From Azolla caroliniana (lineage: Eukaryota > Plantae > Polypodiophyta): 64,000 nt of DNA. The DNA lies in NCBI GenBank assembly GCA_043228905.1, contig JBHGNT010000010.1, forward strand, positions 9,300,001 to 9,364,000. Direction: 5' to 3'. Under the pieces are notes generated by a model that was given only the letters and a program-made list of their open reading frames with translations, ran no database searches and was not told the DNA's origin. Positions 50,520 through 64,000 of this stretch are shown in pieces; the stretch's first letter is position 1, and each line of letters begins with the position of its first letter. The position numbers were made by a program, and so were the translations under genes.

Positions 50520-51994
50520 CGACACTTTGGTGACACCGGTTCTTCTCTATGGGGTGGAAGTATGGGGCGGTAGCATCCCTAAATCTATGTGGAAAGAGTT
50601 TGAAAATGTCCAAAAGCATTTTCTTACCAAGTTTCTACAAGTTAAGAAACAAACGCCCACACCCTCCTCCTCCTTGAGACGGGATCGTTTCCCATTGAGA
50701 TCATGGCCATGGAAAGGGTTGTTGAATACATGCTTAAGGTTCAAAAAAGTCCCTCACATCGACTTCCTAGAATTGCGTGGGAAGCAAGCAAAAAGATCCA
50801 AAAGACGCATAAAAGCAAAATTTTGTGTTCCGGTTGGATGCAAGATATAGAAAAATGGTTTGGTAGATAGGATGCAAGACACTTGCTTCATGATGCATCA
50901 TTAGATTCCTCTGTAAATGAGGCATTTTTGCAACGCCAATGAATCATGACATGGGACAAATGTGGAGGCTCGTGCTTCACACATTATACTACACATGTTG
51001 CACCTAACTACAAAACCATATTCTTTGCGGAACGGGGAAATCGTACACATCCATACATGTTAGAGCCCATACCGTTATCTTCCATTCGAACCATTGCTTC
51101 CATGCGACTTAGCTCACATGCATTGCGATGTGAAACAGGGCGTTGGGGTACAAGTGATGAGAGTGGTCGGCTATGCACACTTTGCCCTAAACAAGTTCAC
51201 GAGTCTGAGTATCACACTTTGATACAATGCTCTGCCTTTGATCATATTCGACCATGCTTTCCACTTCTCTTCGATTGAGCCCAATCTTTGCATGAATTCC
51301 TCTCACAACCACAATGTGCACTCTCGATTGCAACATTCATTGGTAAAGTTCTTGAACATCGAGAGTCACTACTCACTTTCACACGTATCACGTGAAATGT
51401 AATATTTTTGGTCTCGTCATATTTGACCTCCGAAGACGATAATATAATCTATCTATCTATCTATCTATCTCTCTCTCTCTCTTTCTCTCTCTCTCTGAGA
51501 TCTCTATATAAGATGATCAAGAAGTTCTTCCTTTACAATGTTAGGTTATCGCTTATATACTAAGCCCTAAGTCTTTGGAAGAGTTCACACTCAGATACAA
51601 AGTGGAAGGAGTCAGCCTTTTATGCCAACAAACTCCTCCACAAAAGGACTAATCTTTTCTACATGTACATGTGTTTGGGGTTATCTCCCCCGTAAACCTA
51701 GATTACAAAATTAATCTAAATTTATATTTACAAGTTAGTCGGCATGTGACTGAGTCGGCAAAGATGTGTTCAATGTCTTAGCCTGGTTCAGCTAGTCTGT
51801 CTGATTGACTTGTCTGAGTCAATCGGTTCGACTTACTTTCTGCTCCTCATTCGGCCTTCTTCTACTCAGTCGCTTGTCGCAATCCCATATTTGTCCTTAG
51901 TGTTTCGAAACATTGATCTAGGGTGGCTTCGTCAGGCAATCATCGATGTTCACCTCGGTGTCGATCTTCCGAACTTTGAGCTTCTTCTCGGTTA
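50332..51994 (-). repeat. Probable old LTR remnant interrupted by a LINE and by C2c
   Basis: TGTTAG start; TTTAATGGAAGCTC motif like C4-type LTRs; CTTATATA box; no TSD established. Confidence 0.4.
50515..51470 (+). mobile_element. 5'-truncated RTEX-like LINE in a (CT)n microsatellite
   Basis: LVTPVLLYGVEVWG, RLSSHALRCETGRW, RLCTLC..ESEYHTLIQC; (ATCT)n tail; (CT)n on both sides. Confidence 0.88.
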
Positions 51995-54900
51995 TGTTAG
52001 GGAATCGACGCTTCCAAAAAAACTTTACCTCTCGGCCACAACCGAGGAAACACGAATCAATGCAGAAGTAAATCAAAACACAGAGAGAGACTCGAATGCA
52101 CAGGGTTTAGCGTGGAAAACCCTAGACGGGAAAAACCACGGGAGTGCAAGACTCCAACTATCACTATACGCAGGGAATGTACAATGGCGAGCTGCAAGGC
52201 GACGACCTTGAGTTCGCTGTCCTCGCCACAGGCGGCGGTATTACACAGAGGCGTCGACCTCTTCCTTTCTCTCTCTCTCACTCTCTCTCTCGGCTGCTCT
52301 CACTTCGCTCCCTCTAAGTGGAAAACAGAAAAATGAGCAACAACTACAAAACTGTTTGCCCTAAGTCATATTTATACACATATGACTTTCGGGCTATTTA
52401 CAAATATAGCCTAGAGGGCCCTTGGCAAACATATTCACAAATATGTCCCCGCATCCGGATCTCTCTCCGGGTACATTCGTCATCCGGCTCCGTAGCCGGG
52501 GTCTTCATCATCCGGCTCCGAAACCGGGTCATCCGGTTCCGATACCGGGTACTCCTCATTCGGGTCTTCATTCCCGATTCCCGGACATCTGACCATCCCA
52601 TCCGGAGGGACCGTAATCCCAACAAACTCCCCCTTCACTTCGGCATGGGATGTCTTTCCAGTAAGACCCTCTTCCGGCACGCTTCCAGCTTGTCGGGTGT
52701 GAGCACTTTGGTCAGCATATCTGACCCGTTCTCGTCCGTGTGGATCTTCATCAGCACGAACTCCTGGTCTTCTATCCTTTCCCGGATCCAGTGATATCTT
52801 CGCTGGATGTGCTTCGTCCGGGAGTGATAGGCCGCATTCTTCGCAAGGTGGATGGCACTCTGACTGTCGCAGTAGAGTCGGTACTCCTCCTGCCGGATAC
52901 CGAGCTCTCTAATGAAGTCCTTCATCCATATTATTTCCTTGCCGGCTTCAACAGCCGCCATGTACTCCGCCTCCGTGGTCGACAACGCAACCGTCTTCTG
53001 CAGCCTCGACTGCCACGAAACAGCTCCCCCTGCATACGTCATCACATACCCTGATGTGGACCGGCTGGTATCTGCATCAGCCGACATATCCGAATCGGTA
53101 AAGCCGTTGAGTTCGGGCTTACCGGAGCCGAATCGGAGACACACGTTTGCCGTGCCCTTCAGGTATCGGAGTATCCACTTGGCCGCGTTCCAGTGCTCTT
53201 TGCCGGGATTGCTCATGTACCGGCTCACCACTCCGACTGCATATCCTATGTCCGGTCTTGTACACACCATTGCGTACATCAAGTTTCCGACGACAGAGGC
53301 ATATGGTACTTTCATCATGTCCTCCTTCTCAGCCTTTGTCTTGGGGCTTTGCTTGCTGGATAGCTTGCAGTTTGCCGGGAGGGTTGACCCGACCGGTCTT
53401 GCTTCCGACATGTTGAACCGGTGAAGCACCTTTGTCACGTACTTCTCCTGTGACAGCCACAACTGCTTCTTCTTCCGGTCCCGGATGATGTGCATCCCTA
53501 GTATTTGCCTCGCCGGACCCAGGTCCTTCATTGAGAAGGTTCGGTGAAGTGCTTTCTTCAGCGTCCGTATCTTGACCTGGTCCCGTCCGACGATCAACAT
53601 GTCGTCCACGTACAGGAGGAGTATTAGAAAGTCTCCTCCTTCGAACTTCTTCACAAACACGCAGTGATCGGACTGCGTTTTGTGGTACCCTTCGTCGGTC
53701 ATGAAAGAGTCGAACTTCCGGTACCATTGCCGGGGGGGAGCCTGCTTCAGTCCGTAAAGGCTCTTCTTCAACCGGCATACCAGGTGCTCCTTCCCTTTCT
53801 TCTCGAATCCTTCCTGTTGCTGCATGTAGATCTCTTCTTCGAGGTCACCGTGAAGGAATGCCGTCTTCACGTCCATCTGTTCTACCTCGAGGTCCATGCT
53901 TGCCGCTATGCTCAGCACCGTCCGGATGGAGGTCATCTTCACTACCGGGGCAAATATCTCGTCGAAGTCGACGCCCTTCTTCTGCTGGAACCCCTTCACC
54001 ACGATCCTAGCTTTGTATCTCAGGGGGTTTCCGGCATCTCCCGGTTTCAGCTTGAACACCCACTTGTTTCGAAGTGCCCGCTTTCCTTTCGGCAACTCCA
54101 CAAGTTCATATGTGTGGTTCTCATGTAGGAAATCCATCTCCTCCTGCATGGCACTTAACCACCTGCGGCTATGGGTGTCAAGCTTTGCTTCTTCAAAACT
54201 CTCCGGCTCCCCCTCGTCGGTTAGCAGCACGTGCTCTGGTTCCGGAAATCTCCGGGGGGCCCTTCTCTCTCTTAGAGGATATCTCCGTTCCGGAGCTTCG
54301 GTAACCGGCTCCTCCGTTTCCTCTTCATCCGAATCCATTTCGGGATCGGGGCCGGTTCCGGTATCAGTTTCATCTTCCCCGGCCGGTTCAGTTTCTTCAC
54401 CGTCTTCGGCCGGATCCTCGAGTGCTAACCGGTCCCTTGCCGGTCGGGACTGCTCCTCGTAGAGTTGATCCTCACCGGTCGACTTGGAGCTCTTCATCTT
54501 CTTCTCCGACTCCCAGTCGGCGAGTGTCTTGTCCTCCATGAAGATGATATCACGACTCCGGAATATCTTTTCATCGACCGGGTCCCATACTCGGTAGCCG
54601 AACTCGTCATTGCCGTAACCGAGGAATATGCATGGCCGGGTCTTTGGATCTAGCTTTCCTCTCCGGTCCTTTGCCACATGCACATATGCGAGACACCCGA
54701 ACACCTTCAGATGCCGGTAGGATACTTCCCTGCCGGTCCACACTCTCTGCGGCGTGTCTCCGTCCAAAGGTACTGAGGGTGATCTGTTTATCACGTATGT
54801 CGCCGTCGACATTGCCTCAGCCCAAAACTCCTTGGGTAATTTCGCATGCGCCAGCATACTCCGGACCCTCTCCATTATGGTCCAGTTCATCCTCTCGGCC

Positions 54901-57426
54901 AGCCCGTTCAGTTCCGGCGTCTTCGGCACAGTAAACTCGAGCCGGATTCCCTTCGAGCGACAGTACTCCTTGAACTGCCCCCGGTATTCCCCTCTGTTAT
55001 CCGCTCGTATCGCTTTCAGCTTCTTGCCGGATTCCCTTTCCACTCTCGCGTGGAGTTCTTTGAAGACGCACAACACTTGGTCCTTTTTCTTCAACGGTGC
55101 CGTCCACAGCTTCCGGCTGTGGTCATCAATGAATGTCACGAAGTACTGGGCTCCGCCATGTGACTTCGTTTCTACTTGACACACGTCAGTGTGCACCAAC
55201 TCCAATGGTGCGCTACGTCTCGTCGGTGGCCTTGAGTGGAAGGAGGTTCGGTTCTGTTTACCAGCCAGGCAATCGGTGCACTTCTCCAGGTGCACATGCT
55301 TCACTGGAATAAGGTTGTCTTCTGCAAGCCTCTTCATCCCCTTCTCACTCATGTGACACAGTCTCTTGTGCCACAGCTCACCGGCAGTGTCGGCTGCCAC
55401 GTTCAACTCATCCGGACACAACCAGGCATTCATAAGGTACAGTGTGTTGACTTTCCGGGCCCGAGCCACTATCAGGCTCCCCTTGCTGAACTTCATTACG
55501 CAGTTCCGGATGCTACCTGTGTAGCCTTCATCGTCTAGCCTCCCGGCCGAAATCAGATTCAATCGAACCTCCGGAACGTGTCGGACATCCTTCAGCAACA
55601 TTTTGCATCCGGTCGAGGTTGTTAACCACACGTCTCCTATGCCGGCAATCCGGCACGTACCTTCATTTCCCATCCGGACACAGCCATGCTCACCGGCTGT
55701 GTAGGATGAGAAGTATCTTCTTTCCGGGGTCAGGTGGAACGACGCTCCGGAATCGACCACCCAGGTAGTCTCATCGCCGGCAATGTTTAGTTCACCTTCT
55801 TCGGTGATGAGCATGATCTCCTCTTCACTTGCCGCGAGTGCCGTCGTTCCTTTCCGGTCCTGCCCTCGCCGATCCGAACCATTCCGGTCCGTGGCTCCCC
55901 GGTAAGCACCGTTCCGTTCCGAAGACTTCTTCGTATCGGTGTCGTCGGCTCCGTTGTCTTTTCGGTAATGCCGACAATTCTTTCGGAAGTGCCCCGGCTT
56001 CCCACAGTGGAAGCATGTGGGCCTTCCTCTTGACTGCGACCGGGTCCCCGACTTCTCCCGTCTTTGCGGACTCCGGTTCCGTTGTCTTCCCCGATCCGAT
56101 TCGGTAAGCAGCATCTTCGGATCGGAGGCCGGTTCTTTATCTCTCCGACGCACTTCTTCGTTCAAAATGCTTGTCTTTACCGTTTGTAAGGACAAGTTAT
56201 CTTCGGTGCAGGAGGTGCTGAGAGTCACCACCAAGTTCTCCCAGCTTTCCGGCAATGTACACATCAGCATGATGGCTTGCATTGCATCCTCCAAAGGGAA
56301 CTTGATCGCCGCAAGCTGGTTCACGAATCCCATGAACGTGCTTACGTGTTCCACCATACTCTCGTCGTCCCGGTACTTGAGGTTCACTATCCTCCTCATC
56401 AGGGAGGTCCGGTTCAACGCATTCTTCCTCTCGTAGAGGCCCGACAGCTTCTGCCACATCTCATATGCGTTGGTGTCGTTCGCCACATGTTGTAGAACGC
56501 TCACGTCGACGTATTGCCAATGGTTGCAACGGCTTTCCGGTTCAGAAGCCTCCATACCGTCTCAAGTACCCCCTTGGGTATTTTCGACCTGTCGATCGGT
56601 TCATACAGGTCCCGAACAATGAGCAGATCCTCCATCTTTATCTTCCAGTCGACGTAGTTCTGCGCATTCAGCACCATCATCCCCGGCTGCCCGCTGCTGC
56701 CGCCTTCCATTTTCTGCACTGCAGTCGCTCTGATACCAGATTGTTAGGGAATAGACGCTTCCAAAAAAACTTTACCTCTCGGCCACAACCGAGGAAACAC
56801 GAATCAATGCAGAAGTAAATCAAAACACAGAGAGAGACTCGAATGCACAGGGTTTAGCGTGGAAAACCCTAGACGGAAAAAACCACGGGAGTGCAAGACT
56901 CCAACTATCACTATACGCAGGGAATGTACAATGGCGAGCTGCAAGGCGACGACCTTGAGCTCGCTGTCCTCGCCACAAGCGGCAGTATTACACAGAGGCG
57001 TCGACCTCTTCCTTTCTCTCTCTCTCACTCTCTCTCTCGGCTGCTCTCACTTCGCTCCCTCTAAGTGGAAAACAGAAAAATGAGCAACAACTACAAAACT
57101 GTTTGCCCTAAGTCATATTTATACACATATGACTTTCGGGCTATTTACAAATATAGCCTAGAGGGCCCTTGGCAAACATATTCACAAATATGTCCCCGCA
57201 TCCGGATCTCTCTCCGGGTACATTCGTCATCCGGCTCCGTAGCCGGGGTCTTCATCATCCGGCTCCGAAACCGGGTCTTCGTCATCCGGCTCCGTAGCCG
57301 GGGTCTTCATCATCCGGCTCCGAAACCGGGTCATCCGGTTCCGATACCGGGTACTCCTCATTCGGGTCTTCATTCCCGATTCCCGGACATCTTACCATCC
57401 CATCCGGAGGGACCGTAATCCCAACA
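51995..57426 (-). mobile_element. C2c: young copia, C2 family
   Basis: LTRs 51995-52624 and 56742-57426; TSD GGTTA; PBS and PPT present. Confidence 0.96.
52635..56710 (-). pseudogene. gag-pol: C2c gag-pol with a 1-bp frameshift near 56520
   Basis: ACCATTGGCAA versus ACCATTCGGCAA in C2a; the rest is one long open frame to 52635. Confidence 0.92.
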
Positions 57427-57494
57427 GGTTATGAGTTCCCAGATTTGATGATAACACACGTCAATATGCTTTGTCTTTGCATGATGGACAAGAT

Positions 57495-57974
57495 TGTTGA
57501 TACTACCGGCCACAACCGGTTGATACACTTTCGTATGCAGGTGCAAAGATCAAAATGAATCAATATGATGGAAGGAGTACAACAAGAAGCTTCAAGGCAA
57601 CAACCTTGAGCTCTTCTTCGTCCACTAACATCTATATAGAGAAGTTCACGCACTCTCTCCCCCTCTCCCTCTCTAGTTACAAAGGCAACTGCTTACTGTA
57701 ACTTGTTCAACAATGATCATCATCATAACTACTTGTCGTAAGAATATTTATACTCATATACACAATATGAGCTATTTACAAATATAGCCCACTAAGGACA
57801 CATTGAGGCTATTTACAGTTATAGCCCAATCGGATTCAGCTGATTCAGCTATTAGTCGAATTGGTTATCGATCGGTTATGGGTAAGTCGATTTTTTGGCC
57901 TCAATCGGGTTACCCATCGACTCCATCCGATCTGGCTCATGCTCTTCCCATCTGGAGGGACTTGTTCCTCAACA
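57495..57974 (-). repeat. C3-like LTR without matching TSD
   Basis: TGTTGA...TCAACA; GGAGTACAAC-AGAAGCT and CCCATCTGGAGGGAC shared with C3 LTR; flanks AAGAT/CACAA. Confidence 0.8.
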
Positions 57975-58640
57975 CACAATTCCTTGAAGCACATCAACGT
58001 TCGATACCACTTCGTTCGGGACTCTGTAACCGCAGGTAAGCTCAGCCTCAAGAAGATCTCCACGGTCAACAACATATCAAATGGGCTGACCAAGTGTCTC
58101 GCATCTAACCAATTCTGATCACTTCGGCACCAAATGGGGTTAAGGAGAAATCAGTCCGATCAAGTCGGACATGAGAGATAGCTTCGAACAATCGGCCTCG
58201 ACAACCAATCCTGTCGATTCAGCCTCTATTGATTTCAGCCATTACCGAGTCAGCAATAAGCTGATCTATCCTAGCATCTCTTTGTATATCATGTATCTCT
58301 TGTTTCATATTATATGTCTCTCCTTAATGTATACGCCCATTATAGGGGAGTGTTGAATACGGGTGTATAATGCTCGTATTCACACTGTTCCACTTGGACA
58401 GATTAGGTTTAGAACAATTATGTAAATATGTCAAAGGGTAGTTGCCCTAGCCCACATAGTATATAATTGGCTTTGTAACCTAGTTCATGGAGTTGTAAGT
58501 GCTATTAAATTGTAATGTTTGGAATAATATTGTTACAGTGTGTGCCTCTTTGTCTCTCTTTTTCATTCCATCTTCTTGATCTTGATCTTTGTTAACTTGC
58601 CTTGCTAATCTTTGTCATCAACTTGGTTATCTTCATCACA
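57975..58640 (+). mobile_element. Copia 3' remnant: RNase H end, PPT, 3' LTR (58351-~58640)
   Basis: KHINVRYHFVRD...GLTKCL; AGGGGAG then TGTTG. Confidence 0.75.
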
Positions 58641-60231
58641 TAGTGATGTTAATGTTTCCACACTTATGGCCTCAGTCTCCAACACCAGCATTCTTCATTA
58701 AATATTGAGACTTGTTCAAAACAAATTTATGTATAGCCTTCTAACAAATTCTTTGAGATGGTAGTATGCCTTCACATTTACAGATGGACTAATGTACGTT
58801 ATCCATAAGTCAGATGGTCCTTCACTGGACATCAAGAAATGGCCCCTGATTACATTACTGAATACAATATATAAAATCTTATCTAAAGCGATTAGTATAC
58901 GACTTAGTACTATAATGCCTACATTTATTCACACGACTCAAACAGGGTTCGTTTGAGAAAGGAGCATTTTGGATAATGTTTATGTTAGGAAACAGGTCCC
59001 TCCGGATGGGAAGTGAGAAGAACAGTACTGATGAGCAAACTCGACCGAGGCCGAAACCAGATGTGGAGTACCCGGCATGAGCCGGATGGTGTAGACCCGA
59101 CGAGAACCGGATGAAGAGTACCCAGCTACGGAAGACCCGGTGAGAACCGAATGAGGAGTACCCGTCTACGGAAGACCCGGTGAGAACCGGATGACGAGTA
59201 CCCGGCAAGCAACGGATGATGCAGGCCCGGTGAGGAGTGCTCACCGGATGAAGGGACATATTCGTAAATATGTTTTCTGAGAGCCCATTGGGGCTATATT
59301 TGTAAATAGCCGAAAAGTCATATTAGTATAAATATGACTTAGGGCAAACTTTTTAGTGTGTTGTTGTCATTCTTGTTGGCGCAAGAAGAGAGTGCGCGTA
59401 ACAGTGTACAGAGAGAGAGAGAGAGAGAGGAAGAGGTCATTGCCTCCATGAACTCACTATTGTAATCATTGTGATATAGTGATAGTTTGGAGTCTGTGGA
59501 CTCCCGTGGTTTTTCCCTCTCAGGGTTTTCCACGTTCAACATCCTGTGTTGTCTTCTCTCCTTTGTGTCGTGTTTTTTTTTCTTCCCCGTTTTCTGTGTT
59601 AGATCTTAGACTCGGTTGTGGCCGAGTGGTATTCGTCGGAGCGTGTAGTTCCTGACAGTTTATACATTTTGGATAATGTTTATACATTTTGGGAATTTGT
59701 TGCCTTGGCATCTAAATCTAATCAAAACTTGCTCGTTGTTATGCTTGATTTTGAGAAAGCTTATGATTGTATTGTCTGGGAATTTTTGCAAGGTGTATTG
59801 GCTCGTTTTGATTTTTCACAAGAATGGACAAGAGGTATTTCTTCACTATATAATTCTACACAAAGTTAAGTCTTATTGGTTGCGAATTATGGCCCTTTCT
59901 TTCGTATTTCTCGATCAGTTCGCCAAGGTTGTCCTTTGGCTCCTTTCCTGTTTCTGTTTTTTCTGAGACAATGATTTCTTTCTCGAATACTGTTGATATT
60001 GGTGTATGTGGACTACGCATCCCAGTCTCAAATGTAGAAGTAAGGGACGTTGAATTTGTAGATGACACTACCCTATAAAAGGTGATTTGGAGAATCTCCA
60101 AAAAACAGAATTGGCCCTGTCCACATTCTGTAAGGCTTCAGGTGCACTAGTCAATTGGAACAAATCCTCTGCATTTTGGGTTGGGCATGTAGATCCTCCT
60201 TTATGGAATCCACATCCGCCCAGTCCAATAC
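58641..60231 (+). pseudogene. L1 LINE RT fragment
   Basis: ITLLNTIYKILSK, TQTGFV, ILDNVYTFWE, LDFEKAYD, VRQGCPLAPFLF, FVDDT. Confidence 0.85.
58983..59657 (+). mobile_element. Solo LTR, C2-related
   Basis: TGTTAGGAA...TTCCTGACA; TSD GTTTA; U3 tandem repeats and CTCGGTTGTGGCCGAG hairpin. Confidence 0.92.
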
Positions 60232-61100
60232 TGTTGTGAAGCAAACTCAACATGGGCCAGATCAGTTGTAGGAGCCGAGAGCCCGATCACATGGAGACCA
60301 ATCAGTTAGGCCACGTCAGATGGAATCTGACAGACCGTTAGGGGTTTATATTCATATTTTAGTAAATAGGAATATTGTAGGTTGTTAGTGTCGAGCTCAG
60401 TTAATGAGCATTCAATTACTTATCAGTACTTGTCTCAGCCAACTCTTCAATTCTCTCTATCTCTCCCTCCTCTACATACCGTGAATTTGTCTCAATCTTT
60501 ACCTACTATTCTAATTTCTGTTGTCCGGTTGAGCCAGCTGTATTCAGTATCTATCATTAAGCTTTTGTGTCACTTTGTTTACATGATAACAAAGCACGAG
60601 GGTTGAGAAGAATCCTCTACAGTCGACTTGGTCTTTTGACACGTGTTATCAACAAGGTTCTGGAAAAGGAAAGAACAAGAACATGGACAGAGGAATGGGT
60701 GGTGCTCTTCTAATAGAAACGTTGGACAAAAACAACTACGCATCTTGGGAATACAAGATGCACAAGTATCTGCTTGGGCACGGCTACTAGAGTTATATCC
60801 ATGGAGAGAACGAAGTAGTGCCAGAATCGACACACAAGGATTTTTCAGCCTGGGAGTAGGCGGCAAGTAGAGTCTTGTACTACCTTGCATCCTATGTGCA
60901 TGACCAGATGTTGGGCTACATTCATAATGCAAAGACGCTGAAGGAGGCCTGGGAAAATCTGAAGAATATTTTCACCGGAAGTACCACGACCCACAAGTTG
61001 CAACTTTGTCAAGAGCTCAACAATACCCGACAAAAGGATATGACGGTGACCAACTACACCACAAAGATCAAGGAGAGCTATGATGCCTTGCGGACTGTTG
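60232..61100 (+). mobile_element. 5' fragment of a C4-family copia (LTR 60232-60583, degenerate PBS, gag)
   Basis: TGATAACAAAGC degenerate PBS; HDQMLGYIHNAKTLKEAWENLK. Confidence 0.82.
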
Positions 61101-61429
61101 TTGTATGCAACTAAAGCTAAATTGGGATCATAGACTTGTCAAAACGTACACGCTAGCCGACCGAGCCATAGAGCCTCTTTCATCATGTCGGATGCGGTTA
61201 CATATTCAGCTTTGATGGTTGACATGGTCGTGCACTCCTAATGTTTCAACTTCCATGAAATTGCTCCATTGCCGAATTTGAAGAAGTATCTGGTTGTTGA
61301 CTTTCACCTATCCACACAGTCGGCAAAGTCCAAGTCGGTGTACTCGACTATGGCTAGGTTCTTGTTTGTGCCAAAGAGGATGCCAAGGTCTTGTATGCCG
61401 ATCACATATCTGAACACATGCTTGACTGC

Positions 61430-64000
61430 TATCAGGAACAATACTAAGACAGAGAAGTATTGTCAGGAACAGTACTAAGACAGAGAAGGAATTAGTACTA
61501 AAAGATGTGGATTAGTACTAAGGGAGGTGTAGAACTCTAGAGAGAAGGAAAGAGTGAGATCGAGAGAGAGAGATAATGATGATGATAACAAAAGATATAT
61601 ATTATGTTAAGAGAATATACAAGAGTAGCTAGGAGGCTTAAGACTGGCATTGAACCGATTTGGTTCGAAATAATGCCTTGTGCCTTCTCTTATAGTGTTC
61701 TCAGGAGTACTCCTGAAGTTTCTAGAATGTTCCAGAGAAATCTGGAATATATATCAATTTTCTATAGTAAAACTTAAATGAAAATAATATCTTTCGTATT
61801 ACAACATATAGTCTAATGGTCAAGAGCTCAACCCATGTAACATAAGGTTATGGGTTCGAGTCTTGCCATATCATGACACTATCCTCCCTTTAAAATGGCA
61901 AGTGTCATGAGTCGTTTTGGATTGAGGACCTGGTTTGTCTGGATATTGACGATGGAAGTCTTCAAGAACAGCATGAGCATTGGTCACATTCTCTATTGGT
62001 TCCCAAGTATGCTCGTTGGGACTATATCCTAGCCAATCGACTAAATAGTAGAGCTTGTTGCGATCAATCTTGGAATTGAGAGGATGGTGGCAACCTCGTA
62101 CTCAGGTCCATATTCAAGTTCGATCGGGGGTGAAGGTTGTTTAATACGACCTAGGATGGTGTTGTCTTGATAGGGGTCGAGGAGAAAACTATGAAACACC
62201 AGACGTATCTGAAGTTGTGGAGGTAGATCGAGACGATAAGCGACATCATTAATTTTTCTGATAATACGGAAAGGACCTAATCGCCGATAATCCAACTTCT
62301 TGCATGGGCGAGTAGTCTTGATGTGTCATCGTAGTAGCCATACCCGATCTCCAATGTTAAAATTGGATGGAAGGCGATGACAATTCGCATAAACCTTGTG
62401 TGTTTGTTGAGCTTGTTGTAGATGAGTAGATAAATCAGCTTGTATCTTGTGTAACCACTCCAAACGATCCTCTACACAAGGATTTGTGGGTAACTCTAGG
62501 GTTTCAAATACACACCACCGGGGGTGACAACCCATATAAGCATAAATGGTGTAACCTTTGTCGATGAGTGGACAGAGTTATTATACGCAAATTCGGCGAA
62601 GTGGAAAATATTTGCCTAGTCATCTTGATGATAGCTTAGAAAGCACCGAAGATACTGCTCCAACGTTTGATTTGTTCATTCTGCTTGGCCTTCTGTTTGT
62701 GGATGGTAGCCGGAGGAGAGGTTACAAGTAACCTTGAGCATTTTAAAGAGGTGCTTCCAGACTTTCGAGATGAACTGGGGTTCATGATCGCCGATGATAC
62801 CATCGGGAAGGCCATGATGCCGACATACTTCACGCATGATAGTTTCGGCGTTTTCCTCACTGGAGATTTCCTTAGTACATGGCAGGAAATGGGCCATCTT
62901 TGTATATCGATCTACTATTGTTAAGATCGCATCGAATCCCTTACAGACCGGAAGATCTGTGATGAAATCTAGAGCAATGGATTGCCATGGCTTGCTTGGA
63001 ATTGTTAATGGTTCTAATAAACCATATGGATGATGCCTTGGCATTTTTTCTTTACAACATGTATCACAAGTCCGAACAAAATCTTCGACAAATTGACGCA
63101 TATGGGGCCACCAGAATGATTGTTGTACTAAATCCAATGTTTTAGTACTACCAAAATGCCCAACTATATATGTGTCATTACAGTTTTGGACTACTCGAAT
63201 ACGGCAAGAACCATTAGGAACATACAAGAGTTTCTTAAAAAATAGTTTAATCCATCATGACATTCGAATTGTCGACAATCTGTACCTGGTTGTTGCGACT
63301 GTAACAAGATGCTCGAGACGGATCAATTTGTGCTAGAATGGCTTGGGCAAAAGCATTTGTCTTCAAGTCCTCACGTATGGTATTGATAATGTGGGAAGCC
63401 AAGGGCATACCGAAGAGCTGCCTTGCTTGTAGTCGTACCAGTCCCAGGATTACTTGCTTTTGGTTATCGAAAGTTGGCTCGCCAGAACGCGATGCTAGAT
63501 ATGAGCGTCGTGATAATGCATCTGCCTTCCCTTGTTGCTTTCCCGCACGATATGTAATTTTGAAGTCGAAATGAGTGAGGAATTGGGCCCATCGAGCTTG
63601 ACGTTGATTTAATACACGAGCATTCTGAAAGTAGGCAAGGTTTTTGTGATCACTGAATACGGTGACTTGATGAGAAGATCCCTCTAGAAAATGCCTCCAT
63701 TGCGTAAAAGAGTCCACTATTTCTAATAGCTCCTTATCATGAATTTCATAGTTGATTTTGGCGGCGTCAAACTTGCGTGAGTGGAAGGAAAGCCACAGGA
63801 TGTAGCTTTTCATCATTACCTTGTTGTGACAGAATGCTACCTAAGGCGAAATCCGACGCGTCTGCTTCGATGATGAATGGTTTTTCTAGAACATGAGCTA
63901 GAATAGGAGCTCATGTAAATGCCTTCTTAAGACTCTCAAAATCCATGTTTTCTTCTTCAGACCAAACGAACGATTGTCCCCTCTTGGTAAGTTGTGTGAG
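61430..64000 (-). mobile_element. G2: second G1-family chromovirus (RH, INT, chromodomain, 3' LTR ~61430-61878), runs off the window
   Basis: NYEIHDKELL, HFGSTKT..CDTC, PWQSIALDFITD, LGPF, PEYEVATIL; LTR homologous to G1 LTRs. Confidence 0.9.

Overview
No host gene is recognisable here. The window is a deeply nested plant retrotransposon cluster; the family mix (Tcn1-like chromovirus, RTEX-like and L1 LINEs, Tnt1/Tto1-like copia) suggests a non-seed land plant, which is inference only. An old L1 LINE was split by a Ty3/gypsy chromovirus (G1, 1149-35618, TSD TAAAG). G1 hosts copia C1 (holding a young intact copia C2a), copia C3 (with non-coding LTR element E4 at its end) and copia C4 (holding C2b and a solo LTR). 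The right half has a second non-coding LTR element (E5), a long RTEX-like LINE, solo LTRs, a TIR element with a 1-kb palindrome, a third C2 copy and a second chromovirus running off the window. Top finding: the related non-coding elements E4 and E5 have no polypurine tract. Instead they carry tRNA-Arg-like primer sites at BOTH inner LTR borders, inverted, with symmetric spacers, suggesting tRNA-primed or tRNA-mimic-primed plus-strand synthesis. All coordinates were read by eye; tRNA and clade assignments are from memory and need database confirmation.
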